Below are positions 29,648 through 39,792 of a stretch of DNA of 64,000 nucleotides, piece by piece. Each line of letters starts with the position of its first letter. Position 1 is the stretch's first letter. The position numbers and the translations under genes are program-made. This stretch comes from Candidatus Babeliales bacterium (GTDB lineage: Bacteria > Babelota > Babeliae > Babelales > JBFXEV01): contig JBFXEV010000001.1 in the NCBI GenBank assembly GCA_050179755.1, positions 1,129,994-1,193,993 on the forward strand, written 5' to 3'. Below the pieces are notes generated by a model. The model was not told the DNA's origin, did no database searches, and saw only the letters and a list, made by a program, of their open reading frames with translations.

Positions 29648-30740
29648 TTACAAATTTTTGTTTGCTTCCAGCAAGAGAACGTAAGCTCCTTGATATTCCA
29701 TATCTTTTGCAAACATAAGTGCAGTTTTGCCGGCTGAATTTTTTAGTGTTATATCAGCGTCTGCTTTAAGCAAAGCTTTAACCATTTCTCCCACTACTCT
29801 GGATTTGCCATCGGTGCTATAGGCATGTGTATATTCTTTTTTTCCATCAACTATATGCGTAGTTAGAAGTTGTTCCTTTTTTGTGGCTACTTTTGCATAC
29901 AACGCTGCTTTCATGTGAGCGGTAATGCCGCCATTTGTTGGAGTATTGAAATCAGCACGTGCATCAATAGTAGTCTGACTACTTCTAGATTTTCAGCACT
30001 TGCTGCTATCAATAATGCAGTTCCCGATTCGTCTTCAATACTTGCATCATTGCATAAGTTTTATCAGCTCCTGCTGCAATCAATGCCATTGCAAAGTGGG
30101 GGTTTATTGTTCTGGGCAGCCATCATTAATGCAGTCAATCCAATTGCATTTCTAATATCAGCTTGTGCTTATGTTCTTAGCAGGACTTGTACAACATCAT
30201 GCCGGTCAAAATGGCCTGCATGCATGAGCGGCGTCATGCCGAGTAGTTCTGTTTGGGCGATGTTTGCACCGCCAGTAATGAAAGCTTGTGCTATCTTGCC
30301 ATTAATGCAGTCATGTAGTGCTGTTTGGTTACCGCGTTGACTGTTAGGGTAGTTTACATCAGCACCATGCTCGAGCAACAATTGAACTGCTTCAACGAAG
30401 CCAGATTTCATTCATTCGCTTTTGGCAGCGCATCCAAGCACGGTAAAGCCAAAATAATCAGTAGAGTCTATAGGATAGCAAAGTTTAATAAATTGATATA
30501 AATTGTCTACGCGGTTATGTAATGCTGCATGGAAGAATAAATTTTTTTTAAATTCATATTCGGTTCCCTTGAGGTGGGTTACTGTGGATCCGTTAGGAAA
30601 TCTTAACGTAATATCATGGGGCACTGTTAGTACTTCATATTCATTTTCTTGCATAGCAATTACCTGGAGGCTCATAAATAAAGGATGGCGCCAGCCTTGT
30701 TGCCGTAGGTTAACATATGCTGTAAAGAGAAGATCATGAA
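29648..30740 (-). pseudogene. Fragmented ankyrin repeat gene
   Basis: Three ORF pieces (30412-30675, 30169-30411, 29648-29914) with ankyrin motifs (GFTVLGCAAK, LLLEHGADVN, GMTPLMHA, AGKTALMFA) separated by stops and frameshifts. Confidence 0.8.
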
Positions 30741-30921
30741 GTAATTATTTGGAAGTAACTCAATGAGCTTGCTCTTAAGCAGGTGTTATTGCGCAAAGTG
30801 CTTAAAAATTATTTTATAGAGTATATTAAAATTGAGTAAAGTCAGATCAGTAACTAGATCATTAATAAGCGTTGAAAAGTCTCATTAAGGTATCTTGGCA
30901 AGCATGAAAGAGGAGGAATTA

Positions 30922-31455
30922 TTACTGCTTCGTAAATGCTGGCATGGGTAATCCCTGAGCACTTTTCTTGAGAATTTTTAGTGTTCTTGCTAAATCGAAG
31001 CATTCTTTATCAATATGGTTGTTCGTAAGCAAGTCATGTATTTTAGTTTCAAGAGCAGAATAGCGTTCTCGCTGCTCCTTTCTTGTTGTTGCTTTACCAG
31101 CTTCAGATAACAGTATAGCTTTCAAGAGTTTGCCAAAAAATTCATCATGCTCTTTGCACGAGGGGCTAGTACATTTTTGCTCATACCAATACGTATCAAA
31201 AATGGTGCCTTTAGAATGACTTCGGTTACAAAGTGGAGCTCCGTTGGCGATTAGCTGAGTAATGATCGCCAGATGCTTTTCCGGGTTAAAAAGTCCTGGC
31301 ATTCTAATACCTGTTAGGGCGTGATAATGGCCAAAAGACATTTCTCTTATGATGGCGTGCAGTAAGCTATCGCCATTGGTGGGTTTTGCAGATTGTTCCA
31401 TGGCTCCAACATATGTATTGAGAGTGAGGGCTATTATAATAAGTAGTTTTTGCAT
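30922..31455 (-). CDS. Hypothetical secreted protein, degenerate ankyrin-like
   Basis: Signal peptide ...VGA/MEQ; NGDSLLHAII, LIANGA. Confidence 0.65.
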   Translation of the reverse strand: MQKLLIIIALTLNTYVGAMEQSAKPTNGDSLLHAIIREMSFGHYHALTGIRMPGLFNPEKHLAIITQLIANGAPLCNRSHSKGTIFDTYWYEQKCTSPSCKEHDEFFGKLLKAILLSEAGKATTRKEQRERYSALETKIHDLLTNNHIDKECFDLARTLKILKKSAQGLPMPAFTKQ

Positions 31456-31462
31456 TGTGTAT

Positions 31463-32397
31463 TTAACTCTTTATGGAAAAAGTTATCTCAGAAAGATCAG
31501 GGCTATCATAGACATCCTTAAATCCTGCATCAACAAATTCTTTATACGTCAGATATGCAATTTCTAAACTCCCATCTTCTTGGATGCGGTGTAGTGGTGA
31601 ATTTAGATTGCAGCCACTAAACAAAGCAAAGCACATTCTATCCCCGCCATGTTTTTCTTGCTTAATTTGTTCTACATAATGCCAACTTGCGTTCAGGAGC
31701 ATTGGATCATTAATGAGTAGTTCAAGTGATCTGCCAAAGTTCACAATAAAATAACCTTCACGTGGAGGGATCGGGTGCCATGCGTCATCTATTTTTGCAT
31801 GCAAACCGTCTTTATCAATATATAAAATAGTGACATACCCAAAATCACGGTGAGGTGTAAGGCCAATAGCGTTTATTTCGGGTCGATAATGCTTAAAGCT
31901 AAGGTGATATAAACCATCTCCTTGAGAGACTCCTCCGGTCGCATGCATTAATGTATCGTGAGTCAGCTGAGGCAACACTAAGTGAAGAATTTTTTGTGTA
32001 ATGTAAACAGATTCCTCTTTCATTAATTCTGCAATTCTGGCAATTGGTGCTGAATAGACGCTCTGCCAGAGTTCATGTTCGCAATAAAAACCTTCAGCTT
32101 GAACGTTATCGCGCGCTTTGTAGCCATTATAGCCAGGAAGTTGTAAAGTTGCATAATACTCGTCTTTGTAAAAAGTGTTACCAAAGCGAGCAGCAGCAGG
32201 AATAAGTTCAAGCATTTGCTCCGGGATTTCTAAATAAAAAACCCTTGGCGTGCAGCTTGTAGCAATTTAATATCAAGTTCGTCACCGCCTGTGTGAAGTT
32301 CATTATGTGAAAGCGTAATAATTGGCAGATCTTGTTTTGATAACGCGGTTGTAGCGTAGAGAGCTACGAAAAAATAAATTGACAAAATTGCCTTCAT
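31463..32397 (-). pseudogene. 2OG-Fe(II) oxygenase (IPNS-like) with a single frameshift
   Basis: PHRDFG, WHYV and RMCFALF motifs. N-terminal MKAILSIYFFV...ARQGFF joins YLEIPEQMLEL only if one T is added to the T6 tract at 32236-32241. Confidence 0.75.
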
Positions 32398-32434
32398 AAT
32401 GATTCCTTTTTAGCATGTCTCTTGGAGTGTTGAT

Positions 32435-32466
32435 TATAGTATGCCATGCTAGTAGCTTTTGGTAAA
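32435..32466 (-). promoter_or_regulatory. Duplicated promoter-like motif (copy 1)
   Basis: TTTACC-N17-CATACT on the minus strand; two 12-bp blocks identical to 34319-34350. Confidence 0.55.
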
Positions 32467-32691
32467 ATGGTCCAGTCTTTTAACTTGAAAAATGCATCAC
32501 GTGTTGATACCACATTTTTGTACGGCAGGAAATAGGAGGGTGCAATTTATTACGCACTATCATTGCTTGCAATCGAACTTTGAAAATGTATCCATTGTAG
32601 TAACTAAATTTGTACCTGTTTTTCTCTGTGGTCAAAAAAAGTAAACCGTGAGTATATTGTAGAAGGTTGAACCTGAATAGTGGCTTTCAAG

Positions 32692-34050
32692 TTATTGCAT
32701 GTCAATTAATGAAAACCATTTTTCAATTAAGAATGTAACCGTCTCAACGCGGCCATAATGCCAGGCTTCCATCAAAGGGGTTGCATTGCTATGGTTTTTA
32801 GCTCCAATATCTGCGCCATGTAGCAGGAGTAGTTTAACTTTTGTGGTGTATCCATTTTTTGCAGCATTATGTAGCGGTGTATCATTAAGGGCATTTCTGG
32901 TGGCACAATTAGCTCCACATTCTAAAAGTAATTGTAATGTTTCAATTTTTCCTCGTACAGATGCTGCACACTGCAATGGAGTTTCACCTTCTTTGTTTAT
33001 AGCTTCAATATCAGCCCCGTTTGCTAAAAGTAGTTTTATTGCTTCATTACGATGCATTATTGCTGCCCAATGCAACGGTGTATATTCGTCGTTATCTTTT
33101 GCTTCAATGTCAGCTTTGTGTGCTACGAGCAAGGCTGATATTTTAGGGTTTTTTATCTTTGAAGCCTCGTGCAGAGGGGTTAGTCCACAGCAATTTTTGG
33201 CTTCAATGTTAGCTCCTCTCCTGAGAAGTAATTGAGCAATTACTATCGCAGAAAGTTCAATTCCTTTATTGGCAAATAAGTGAGCAACTGATAGATCGAT
33301 AATAACTGCATGCAAAGGAGTTCGGCCATACTTATCTTGAGCTTCAATGTCAGCGTTATGTTCAAGAAGAAGGGCTGTCGTTTTAGAATTTGGTCCTGTT
33401 ACAGCCATATGGAGTGGCCTTTCGCCATCCTTATCTTGAGCTTCAATGTTAGCTTTATGTTCAAGAAGAAGGGCTGTCGTTCTAGGATTTGGTAATTTTG
33501 CAGCTTCATGGAGCGGGGTTCTTCCCTTGTTATCTCGAGCTTCAATGTCAGCTTTATATTCAAGTAGAAGGGCAGCCGTTCTAGGATTTGGTAACCTTAC
33601 AGCTTGGTGGAGTGGGGTTCTCTCATGCAAATCTTTAGATCCAATTTCAGCGCCACTTTGTAAAAGCCGCTGAACCACTTCTACTTTGCCGCAGGCGGCA
33701 GCTTTATGTAATGGTGTACTGCCGATATTATTTTTAGCTTCAATACATGCTCCATTTTCTATCAGAAGTCCAACAATCACTGCTGAGCTTTTAGGGGGAA
33801 TCAGAAATGCCAGATGTAAGGGTGTTGCGCCCAAACTATTTTGTGCATTAACATTAACACCTTCTTGTACAAGTTGTTGTACAGTCCTAACTTGTCCTGT
33901 GAGCACAGCAGCATGCAATTGCGTTGATGTTTCATCACGCCAATGGAGTGCTCTTTGTTGTTGTTCATAATAACTTATTTCCATACCGCTTGCTGTTAAC
34001 GCAATACAAAATATAGTGAGGGTGAGGATTTTATGATTAGTTAAGTTCAT
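32692..34050 (-). CDS. Ankyrin repeat protein (about 12 repeats) with signal peptide
   Basis: Repeated G.TPLH.A....LL..GA.IEA.D units. Confidence 0.93.
   Translation of the reverse strand: MNLTNHKILTLTIFCIALTASGMEISYYEQQQRALHWRDETSTQLHAAVLTGQVRTVQQLVQEGVNVNAQNSLGATPLHLAFLIPPKSSAVIVGLLIENGACIEAKNNIGSTPLHKAAACGKVEVVQRLLQSGAEIGSKDLHERTPLHQAVRLPNPRTAALLLEYKADIEARDNKGRTPLHEAAKLPNPRTTALLLEHKANIEAQDKDGERPLHMAVTGPNSKTTALLLEHNADIEAQDKYGRTPLHAVIIDLSVAHLFANKGIELSAIVIAQLLLRRGANIEAKNCCGLTPLHEASKIKNPKISALLVAHKADIEAKDNDEYTPLHWAAIMHRNEAIKLLLANGADIEAINKEGETPLQCAASVRGKIETLQLLLECGANCATRNALNDTPLHNAAKNGYTTKVKLLLLHGADIGAKNHSNATPLMEAWHYGRVETVTFLIEKWFSLIDMQ
33330..33625. repeat. Near-identical 99-bp tandem repeats within the ankyrin gene
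   Basis: GCTTCAATGTYAGC..TATRTTCAAG.AGAAGGGC..CGTT.TAG.ATTTGGT at 33341, 33440 and 33539. Confidence 0.85.
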
Positions 34051-34051
34051 C

Positions 34052-34282
34052 TTATTCCTGGATAATTACACTCATTTTGTGTGAGATGCCGTTTCGTTTT
34101 TTAGATCTCTTTAACATTCTTAAAGTTTCTGGGCATGTCATATTGGTAGCAACCTTCAAAGCAGTACTGCTTTGTGTATGCAGCTCTCGCTGTGAAGGGG
34201 TAATAATAGCGAGCTGTGTCGATTGCAGTAAGCGAGCATAGAACAAAGAAGCAGTAAATAAAATGGACGCTATAGTTTTCAT
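34052..34282 (-). CDS. Short hypothetical protein (possible remnant)
   Basis: AAGGA RBS and signal-like N-terminus, 76 aa. Confidence 0.4.
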   Translation of the reverse strand: MKTIASILFTASLFYARLLQSTQLAIITPSQRELHTQSSTALKVATNMTCPETLRMLKRSKKRNGISHKMSVIIQE

Positions 34283-34318
34283 TTATATCCTTTTTGAAAA
34301 ACATTTTGTTGCATTAAC

Positions 34319-34350
34319 TATAGTATGCCAATCACGTTGCTTTTGGTAAA
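34319..34350 (-). promoter_or_regulatory. Duplicated promoter-like motif (copy 2)
   Basis: TATAGTATGCCA-N8-GCTTTTGGTAAA on the plus strand, as at 32435. Confidence 0.55.
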
Positions 34351-34409
34351 CTTATTCCGCTCTACTGCCAACACGTAATGAATACAGATGTGTGACCTCG
34401 AGGGACTTT

Positions 34410-34962
34410 ATGCAAGAGATGCCCAACAAAGTATTATTTTTGGTACTAGCTTTAATAACCAATGCAAACATGTATTGCATGTACACATGGCATGCACCAG
34501 AGTTTGGTGGGTTCAAAATTGCGTCCTGTGCAAGACCAGGTTGTACCAGTGCAGCTTTTAAGTTCTTTGTCCCTTGATGATGAGCTGGTAAAGCCTTATG
34601 ATGCCATAATCAACTTAGCAGAACCTGAACCAAGAAATGTTGGTATTATAGATGTATATCAAATGAATCGAGTCATGCTTGCAAAACATGGTATCTTGAG
34701 AGAGGGCGTAGAACAGCAACTCTATGAAGACGGGGTAAGTTTGTTTTGTCACCGAAGTATTAATAATATTGATTCTGCTGCTGCCGCGTATCCGGGAAAT
34801 CGGCATTTTATGGGTAGGCGCATGATTGTATTAGCGCTGGCTTTAGGAGCACAACCTGATCAGGCTCTTAAAGATTCCATGTTAGCGTTAAGTTTTGCTT
34901 GGGCTTTTAAGGATAGAGCGTTGGTTCGATTTTTGCTTGATAAAGATATACCAATACCCTAA
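34410..34962 (+). pseudogene. Frameshifted paralog of the downstream hypothetical gene
   Basis: N-part (LFLVLAL..NMYCM...KFFVP*) and C-part (EQQLYEDG..MGRRMIVLALALGAQP..DIPIP) lie in different frames; frameshift near 34572. Confidence 0.7.
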
Positions 34963-35047
34963 ATTTTATGGTGAGGTTTGATAAGATTAATGTGCTTTAT
35001 GGTAAGTGGATAAGGGTTGTTTTAACAACGTGACACGAGGACATTAT

Positions 35048-35638
35048 ATGATGAAAAATAGATCACTGTTTTTAGCCATAGCTCTTTTGATAAGCACGAA
35101 CGTATATTGTATGCAGCCAGCGTATGGAGTTGATTTTTGCACATGGTATAGGCCTGAGGTTTCTGATGCTAGATTACATTTTTATATTCCTGAAAACCCT
35201 GGATTAGTATGGACTGGTCAAGAGAAGAAATCGATCGATGTTCATGATGTCACTTTTTACCCAAAAGATAGCGGAAACTTAGTGGGGTTTAACGTTGATG
35301 GAACTGATCCTGATAAGATTGCCAAGCGCTATCCCATGCCACATGAGCTTGCAGAACAATTATTACGAGATGGTATGGGCATATACTGTAATGGGTATAG
35401 GCTTTTTGCACATGCTGCTTTTGGTCCGGGCGAAATTAAAATGACTGATGCTGCATATGTTTATATGGGACACAGAATGATTGCTCTAGCTTTGGCTTGG
35501 GGAGCAGATCCGCTTCATAATGTAGAAGCTGCAAAGAGTGCAATGAGCACTGCGTGGATAACTAGAAATGCACCATTAGTTCAGCTTTTGCTCAGTAAAA
35601 AGATACCAATACCTATTTGGGTAAGGAATAAAAGTTGA
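35048..35638 (+). CDS. Hypothetical secreted protein (tandem paralog)
   Basis: GAGG RBS, signal peptide ...VYC/MQP; EQLLRDG..MGHRMIALALAWGADP..KIPIP. Confidence 0.75.
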   Translation: MMKNRSLFLAIALLISTNVYCMQPAYGVDFCTWYRPEVSDARLHFYIPENPGLVWTGQEKKSIDVHDVTFYPKDSGNLVGFNVDGTDPDKIAKRYPMPHELAEQLLRDGMGIYCNGYRLFAHAAFGPGEIKMTDAAYVYMGHRMIALALAWGADPLHNVEAAKSAMSTAWITRNAPLVQLLLSKKIPIPIWVRNKS

Positions 35639-35788
35639 TCACTGGTTATAATGCGCATGAGATGCTTGTTCTGAGTATGTACTATCTTTGGCGTGGGAGC
35701 CAAAAATTTACATTCCTGGTGAATTCATTCAATTTTTGTTACACTAAAGTTCTAAATTATAGATACCTTTAAATGAAAGAACTCTATT

Positions 35789-37519
35789 ATGCCAGTTATG
35801 CAAACTATAAGTAATGTAATGTATGGCGTTATTGCACTAGCACTTGCCGCTGGTGTGGTAACAGTTCAGTTGCAACAAAAATCTATACAGGAATCTCTCA
35901 AAGAATTACATCAGCGCTTTGACGCTATTCGCACAGAATCTCCAGAGGTACCTCATATTGTAGAGCGTGTAGTTGCCCATAATCATCAACCATGGAGTGA
36001 TTTGCAGGCAACGCTCAAAGATTCAGTAGTACAAATATTCTCACAAATCGCAGAAGTAAATTTATTACAGCCTCAAAAACCGCGCAGCCAGCACCAAGCA
36101 TATGGTTCAGGTTTTTTTATTAATGACGAGGGTGAAATTATAACCAATGCCCATGTGGTTGATCAAGCTGCTGCCGTGTGGATTCAAATTCCTTCGTTAG
36201 GTAAACGGCAATTGGATGTTGATATTATAGGCGTGAGTCCGGATCGCGATATGGCTTTGCTTAAATTACGCCCAGAAGGTATAGCATTAATTAAACAGGT
36301 ACGTGGCGAAATTCCTTATTTGCAATTAGGCGATTCAGATCGTATTCATCGTGCAGATGAAATATTAACTCTTGGTTATCCATTAGGTCAACAAGGTCTT
36401 AAAAGCACAAAAGGCGTGGTGAGTGGTAGAGAGCAGCATTTGATTCAAATTGATGCAGCAATTAACCCTGGCAATTCTGGAGGTCCATCAATTAATGTGA
36501 ACGGCGAAGTAGTAGGTATTAACACGGCTATAGCGCGTGAAGCACAGAATGTTGGGTATATTATTCCTGCCAACGAACTTAAAGTAATTCTTGCAGATTT
36601 GCGCACGGTACCGTTATTGCGGCGTCCATTTTTAGGCATTTTATTTAATAATGCAAGTGAAAGTTTAACTGACTTTTTGGGTAATCCAAAGCCAGGTGGT
36701 TTGTATGTGGTTGATGTCATTAAAGGTAGTCCGCTTCATAAGGCTGGCGTATTAAAGGGTGATATGATTTATGAAATCAATGGTCATCAGGTAGATATGT
36801 ATGGAGAACTTTCATGGACCGAAGATAAAATTTCTATCATTGATTATGTATCGCAATTGCGCCTTGGTGAAGAAGTTGGCTTGGTAGTTTATCGCAATGG
36901 TTCGCGCAAAAACCTTACGTTCTCATTTGAACAGTCAGATGCTTTGCCCATTCATAAAATATATCCAGGATATGAAGATATTGATTATGAAATAGTGGGT
37001 GGGATGCTCGTGCAGCAATTGACGGTGAATCATTTAGGATTGCTAGTGAATATGGCGCCCAGTCTTGCAAAATATGCAGAAATGAAATATCAAAAAGAGC
37101 CTGCGCTTTTGGTAACACACGTGTTTCCCGATTCTCCTGCACATCGTTGTCGCTCTATTGGTATTGGTGCAATTATTAATAAGATCAACGATGAGCCTGT
37201 GCAAACACTTGATGAATTGCGTTGCCAGCTTGCAAAGAGTTTTGAGACCAATAATGTAACAATTGAATCTGCTGATGGCGTGTATTTACACTTTCCATTT
37301 AATGATATTCTTAAAGAAGAACGTAGATTGTCTCGCATATGGTCATATGGTATGACTACCGCTATGACTGAACTGGTTTCTGGTTATGAAGTGCGTCTGG
37401 CGCAAGCAGAGCAGAAGTATATGCACGAGCAAATGCAGCAGCAAGCAGTGCCGGGACAAGTAGCAATGCAAGTTGCGCAAACTGATGCCCCTGTGGGTGT
37501 AGATGCGGCAGCTGCTTAA
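35789..37519 (+). CDS. HtrA/DegP-like trypsin serine protease with PDZ domains
   Basis: GSGFFI, TNAHVV, DMALLK, DAAINPGNSGGP, PDZ (GSPLHKAG, DSPAH). Confidence 0.92.
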   Translation: MPVMQTISNVMYGVIALALAAGVVTVQLQQKSIQESLKELHQRFDAIRTESPEVPHIVERVVAHNHQPWSDLQATLKDSVVQIFSQIAEVNLLQPQKPRSQHQAYGSGFFINDEGEIITNAHVVDQAAAVWIQIPSLGKRQLDVDIIGVSPDRDMALLKLRPEGIALIKQVRGEIPYLQLGDSDRIHRADEILTLGYPLGQQGLKSTKGVVSGREQHLIQIDAAINPGNSGGPSINVNGEVVGINTAIAREAQNVGYIIPANELKVILADLRTVPLLRRPFLGILFNNASESLTDFLGNPKPGGLYVVDVIKGSPLHKAGVLKGDMIYEINGHQVDMYGELSWTEDKISIIDYVSQLRLGEEVGLVVYRNGSRKNLTFSFEQSDALPIHKIYPGYEDIDYEIVGGMLVQQLTVNHLGLLVNMAPSLAKYAEMKYQKEPALLVTHVFPDSPAHRCRSIGIGAIINKINDEPVQTLDELRCQLAKSFETNNVTIESADGVYLHFPFNDILKEERRLSRIWSYGMTTAMTELVSGYEVRLAQAEQKYMHEQMQQQAVPGQVAMQVAQTDAPVGVDAAAA

Positions 37520-37537
37520 TTTATTAGAAATTTAATA

Positions 37538-37570
37538 TCCCGCTCAGTTTTTATGTAAAATTGAGCGGGA
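37538..37570. terminator. Hairpin after the HtrA gene
   Basis: TCCCGCTCA...TGAGCGGGA stem. Confidence 0.5.
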
Positions 37571-37584
37571 ATCTTAGAAGTATT

Positions 37585-38316
37585 ATGCCAAAAAAACGCC
37601 TTGATCTTTTAGTACAGGAAAAATACCCTCAGTTAACAAGAACGCATATTCAAAGCCTTATTATGCAAGGCAAAGTACGTGTTTATGATCAGGTGATCAC
37701 TAAAGCAGGGCAAGCAACGCATGAAGATGCGGAAATTGCTGTTGATCTTGCAGTTCCCAAGTTTGTCTCTCGCGCCGGGTTTAAGCTTGAAAAAGCATTA
37801 GATCATTTTGGGATTGATGTAACTGACTTTCTGGTACTTGATGCAGGACTTTCCACTGGAGGTTTTACTGATTGTTTACTTCAGCGTGGTGCCAAGAAAA
37901 TTTTTGGTGTGGATGTAGGCCATGCCCAAGTGCATGAAAAAATCCGGCGTGATCCTCGCGTGGTGGTCATGGAGCAAACTAATTTACGGTATCTGGAATC
38001 ATTGCCAGAAAAAGTAGATTTGGTAACGCTTGATCTCTCTTTTATTTCTGTTCTTAAAGTTATGGATGCTGTCACGAAACAATTAAAACCACAGGGCAAG
38101 CTGATAGTGCTTATTAAACCGCAATTTGAAGCTGAAAAGCATCAAGTGGGTAAGGGTGGCATTATCAAAGATCCTGCGGTTCATCAAGAAGTTATTGATA
38201 AAATAACTAACGGCATAGAATCGTTTGGGTACACGTGCCAAGGGGTTATTGAATCGCCCATTGAAGGTGGTGATGGTAATAAAGAGTTTCTAGCGTACTT
38301 TAATAGAAATTTTTAA
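37585..38316 (+). CDS. tlyA: TlyA family rRNA 2'-O-methyltransferase
   Basis: KKRLD S4 domain, FVSRAGFKL, STGGFTDCLLQRGA, DLSFIS, LIKPQFE, GNKEFL. Confidence 0.93.
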   Translation: MPKKRLDLLVQEKYPQLTRTHIQSLIMQGKVRVYDQVITKAGQATHEDAEIAVDLAVPKFVSRAGFKLEKALDHFGIDVTDFLVLDAGLSTGGFTDCLLQRGAKKIFGVDVGHAQVHEKIRRDPRVVVMEQTNLRYLESLPEKVDLVTLDLSFISVLKVMDAVTKQLKPQGKLIVLIKPQFEAEKHQVGKGGIIKDPAVHQEVIDKITNGIESFGYTCQGVIESPIEGGDGNKEFLAYFNRNF

Positions 38317-38460
38317 ACAAATCCTTTTTTGATATCTCTTAGTTTAAAGATTCATGCTTATTATTTAACGAGTAATGTAAAAGACTTGCATTATTAATTT
38401 CTGCATTGTTACTCTTAAAGGGAATGGTATGAGTTTGGGGTTATCAAATAAGGAACGAAT

Positions 38461-39141
38461 ATGGAAATAAAGAGAATGGTGGTAATGTTGGGTTTAATGC
38501 TCAACATAATAGGTCTTTTGGCACAGCCAACATATTATGAAATTTTAGGCGTGTCTAAAACTGCTTCTGAAAGTGATTTGAAAAAAGGGTATCGCAAAAA
38601 AGCTTTAGTGTTGCATCCTGATAAAATACAAGAGCGAACAGGAATGCCTGCTACATCTGAACAAACCAAGAAATTTCAGGAGTTAGTGGAAGCATATGAT
38701 GTACTTAAGGATCCTCTAAAGAAAAGAGAGTATGATATAAAGTTAGCCCAAGCAGCAAAGGCTTCATCAACACCAAAACCGCAATCAGCGCAACAGCAAT
38801 ATAAGCCTGCATCAAAACCGCAGCAGGCAACTGGGCCCAAGCCAGCACAATCACAGTATAAACCAACGCCAAAACCGCAAACAACTCAGCCTCAATATAA
38901 GCCTGCGCCAAAGCCACAGCCCACTCAACAACAATTTAAACCGATTCCAACGCAAGCACAAAAACCTCAAGTGCCTGCTGCAAAGCCAGCACCAGCAGCT
39001 GCAAAGTCGGCATTTAAACCAGCAGCCGCAAAAAAAGAGTATGATTTTTCGTGGTTAGAATCTGAAGATGAATCAGATGATTCTTTGAGCGCAGGCAATT
39101 CATCTGACGAATCAGATTATTCAGATGATGAAGATTACTAG
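38461..39141 (+). CDS. J-domain protein with signal peptide, Pro/Gln/Lys repeats and acidic tail
   Basis: YYEILGV, LHPDK, AYDVLKDP..REYD; QYKP repeats; Asp/Glu/Ser C-terminus. Confidence 0.85.
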   Translation: MEIKRMVVMLGLMLNIIGLLAQPTYYEILGVSKTASESDLKKGYRKKALVLHPDKIQERTGMPATSEQTKKFQELVEAYDVLKDPLKKREYDIKLAQAAKASSTPKPQSAQQQYKPASKPQQATGPKPAQSQYKPTPKPQTTQPQYKPAPKPQPTQQQFKPIPTQAQKPQVPAAKPAPAAAKSAFKPAAAKKEYDFSWLESEDESDDSLSAGNSSDESDYSDDEDY

Positions 39142-39204
39142 TGAATTATTGAATTAATAGAACAACGGTATGGGTAGTTGGTGCTTAAGCGCTTACTGCC
39201 CATT

Positions 39205-39597
39205 TTAATTGTGATAAATCTGCTTTTTAATGGATGTAATTCTTTTTTGCAGTTCACGCTGTTTGAGTACTAAGGCAACAGAGCTTATCGGGCCCAAAAA
39301 TGCAGTTCCTGGTGATAGCTCTGTATAATCATACTTTATTTCTTCTAATTCATTATACCATTGTTCAAGTTGTTGCACCCTTACTCTAGATTTAGAGCAG
39401 TTTTGTTGCGAGCGAATTTCTCTTTGTAAATCATTAATATGGGCTAAGATCTTGAGATCTTGCTCATCAGCTTCATGAATGGAACTTGGCGGTTTTATAG
39501 GTGGCTGACAGCTTAAATGCGCCATAAAAAAGGTAAGTGCAACGAGTAGGTAGATGCTTATAGTGCTTGTTTTGAATTTGACATTAAAAAATGGCAT
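39205..39597 (-). CDS. Hypothetical protein
   Basis: GGAGG RBS, hydrophobic N-terminus, 130 aa. Confidence 0.6.
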   Translation of the reverse strand: MPFFNVKFKTSTISIYLLVALTFFMAHLSCQPPIKPPSSIHEADEQDLKILAHINDLQREIRSQQNCSKSRVRVQQLEQWYNELEEIKYDYTELSPGTAFLGPISSVALVLKQRELQKRITSIKKQIYHN

Positions 39598-39715
39598 ATG
39601 GACCTCCTGAATCCTGGCTTCTATTCATATATTCAGTATATGAAATCAGGTGGTTTTGGTCAATGGCAAAAAATTAGCTTTTTTACAGGAGTTACGGTAA
39701 AATATGTAACGTAAT

Positions 39716-39792
39716 GCGCCTGTAGCTCAATTGGATAGAGTACCGGACTTCGAATCCGTTGGTTGTAGGTTCGACTCCTACCAGGCGCACCA
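39716..39792 (+). tRNA. tRNA-Arg(TCG)
   Basis: GCGCCTGTAGCTCAATTGGATAGAGTACCGGACTTCGAATCCG...TTCGACTCCTACCAGGCGCACCA. Confidence 0.95.

Noticed and set aside
29870..30340. 156-aa plus-strand ORF
   Set aside because: Antisense shadow of the ankyrin pseudogene.
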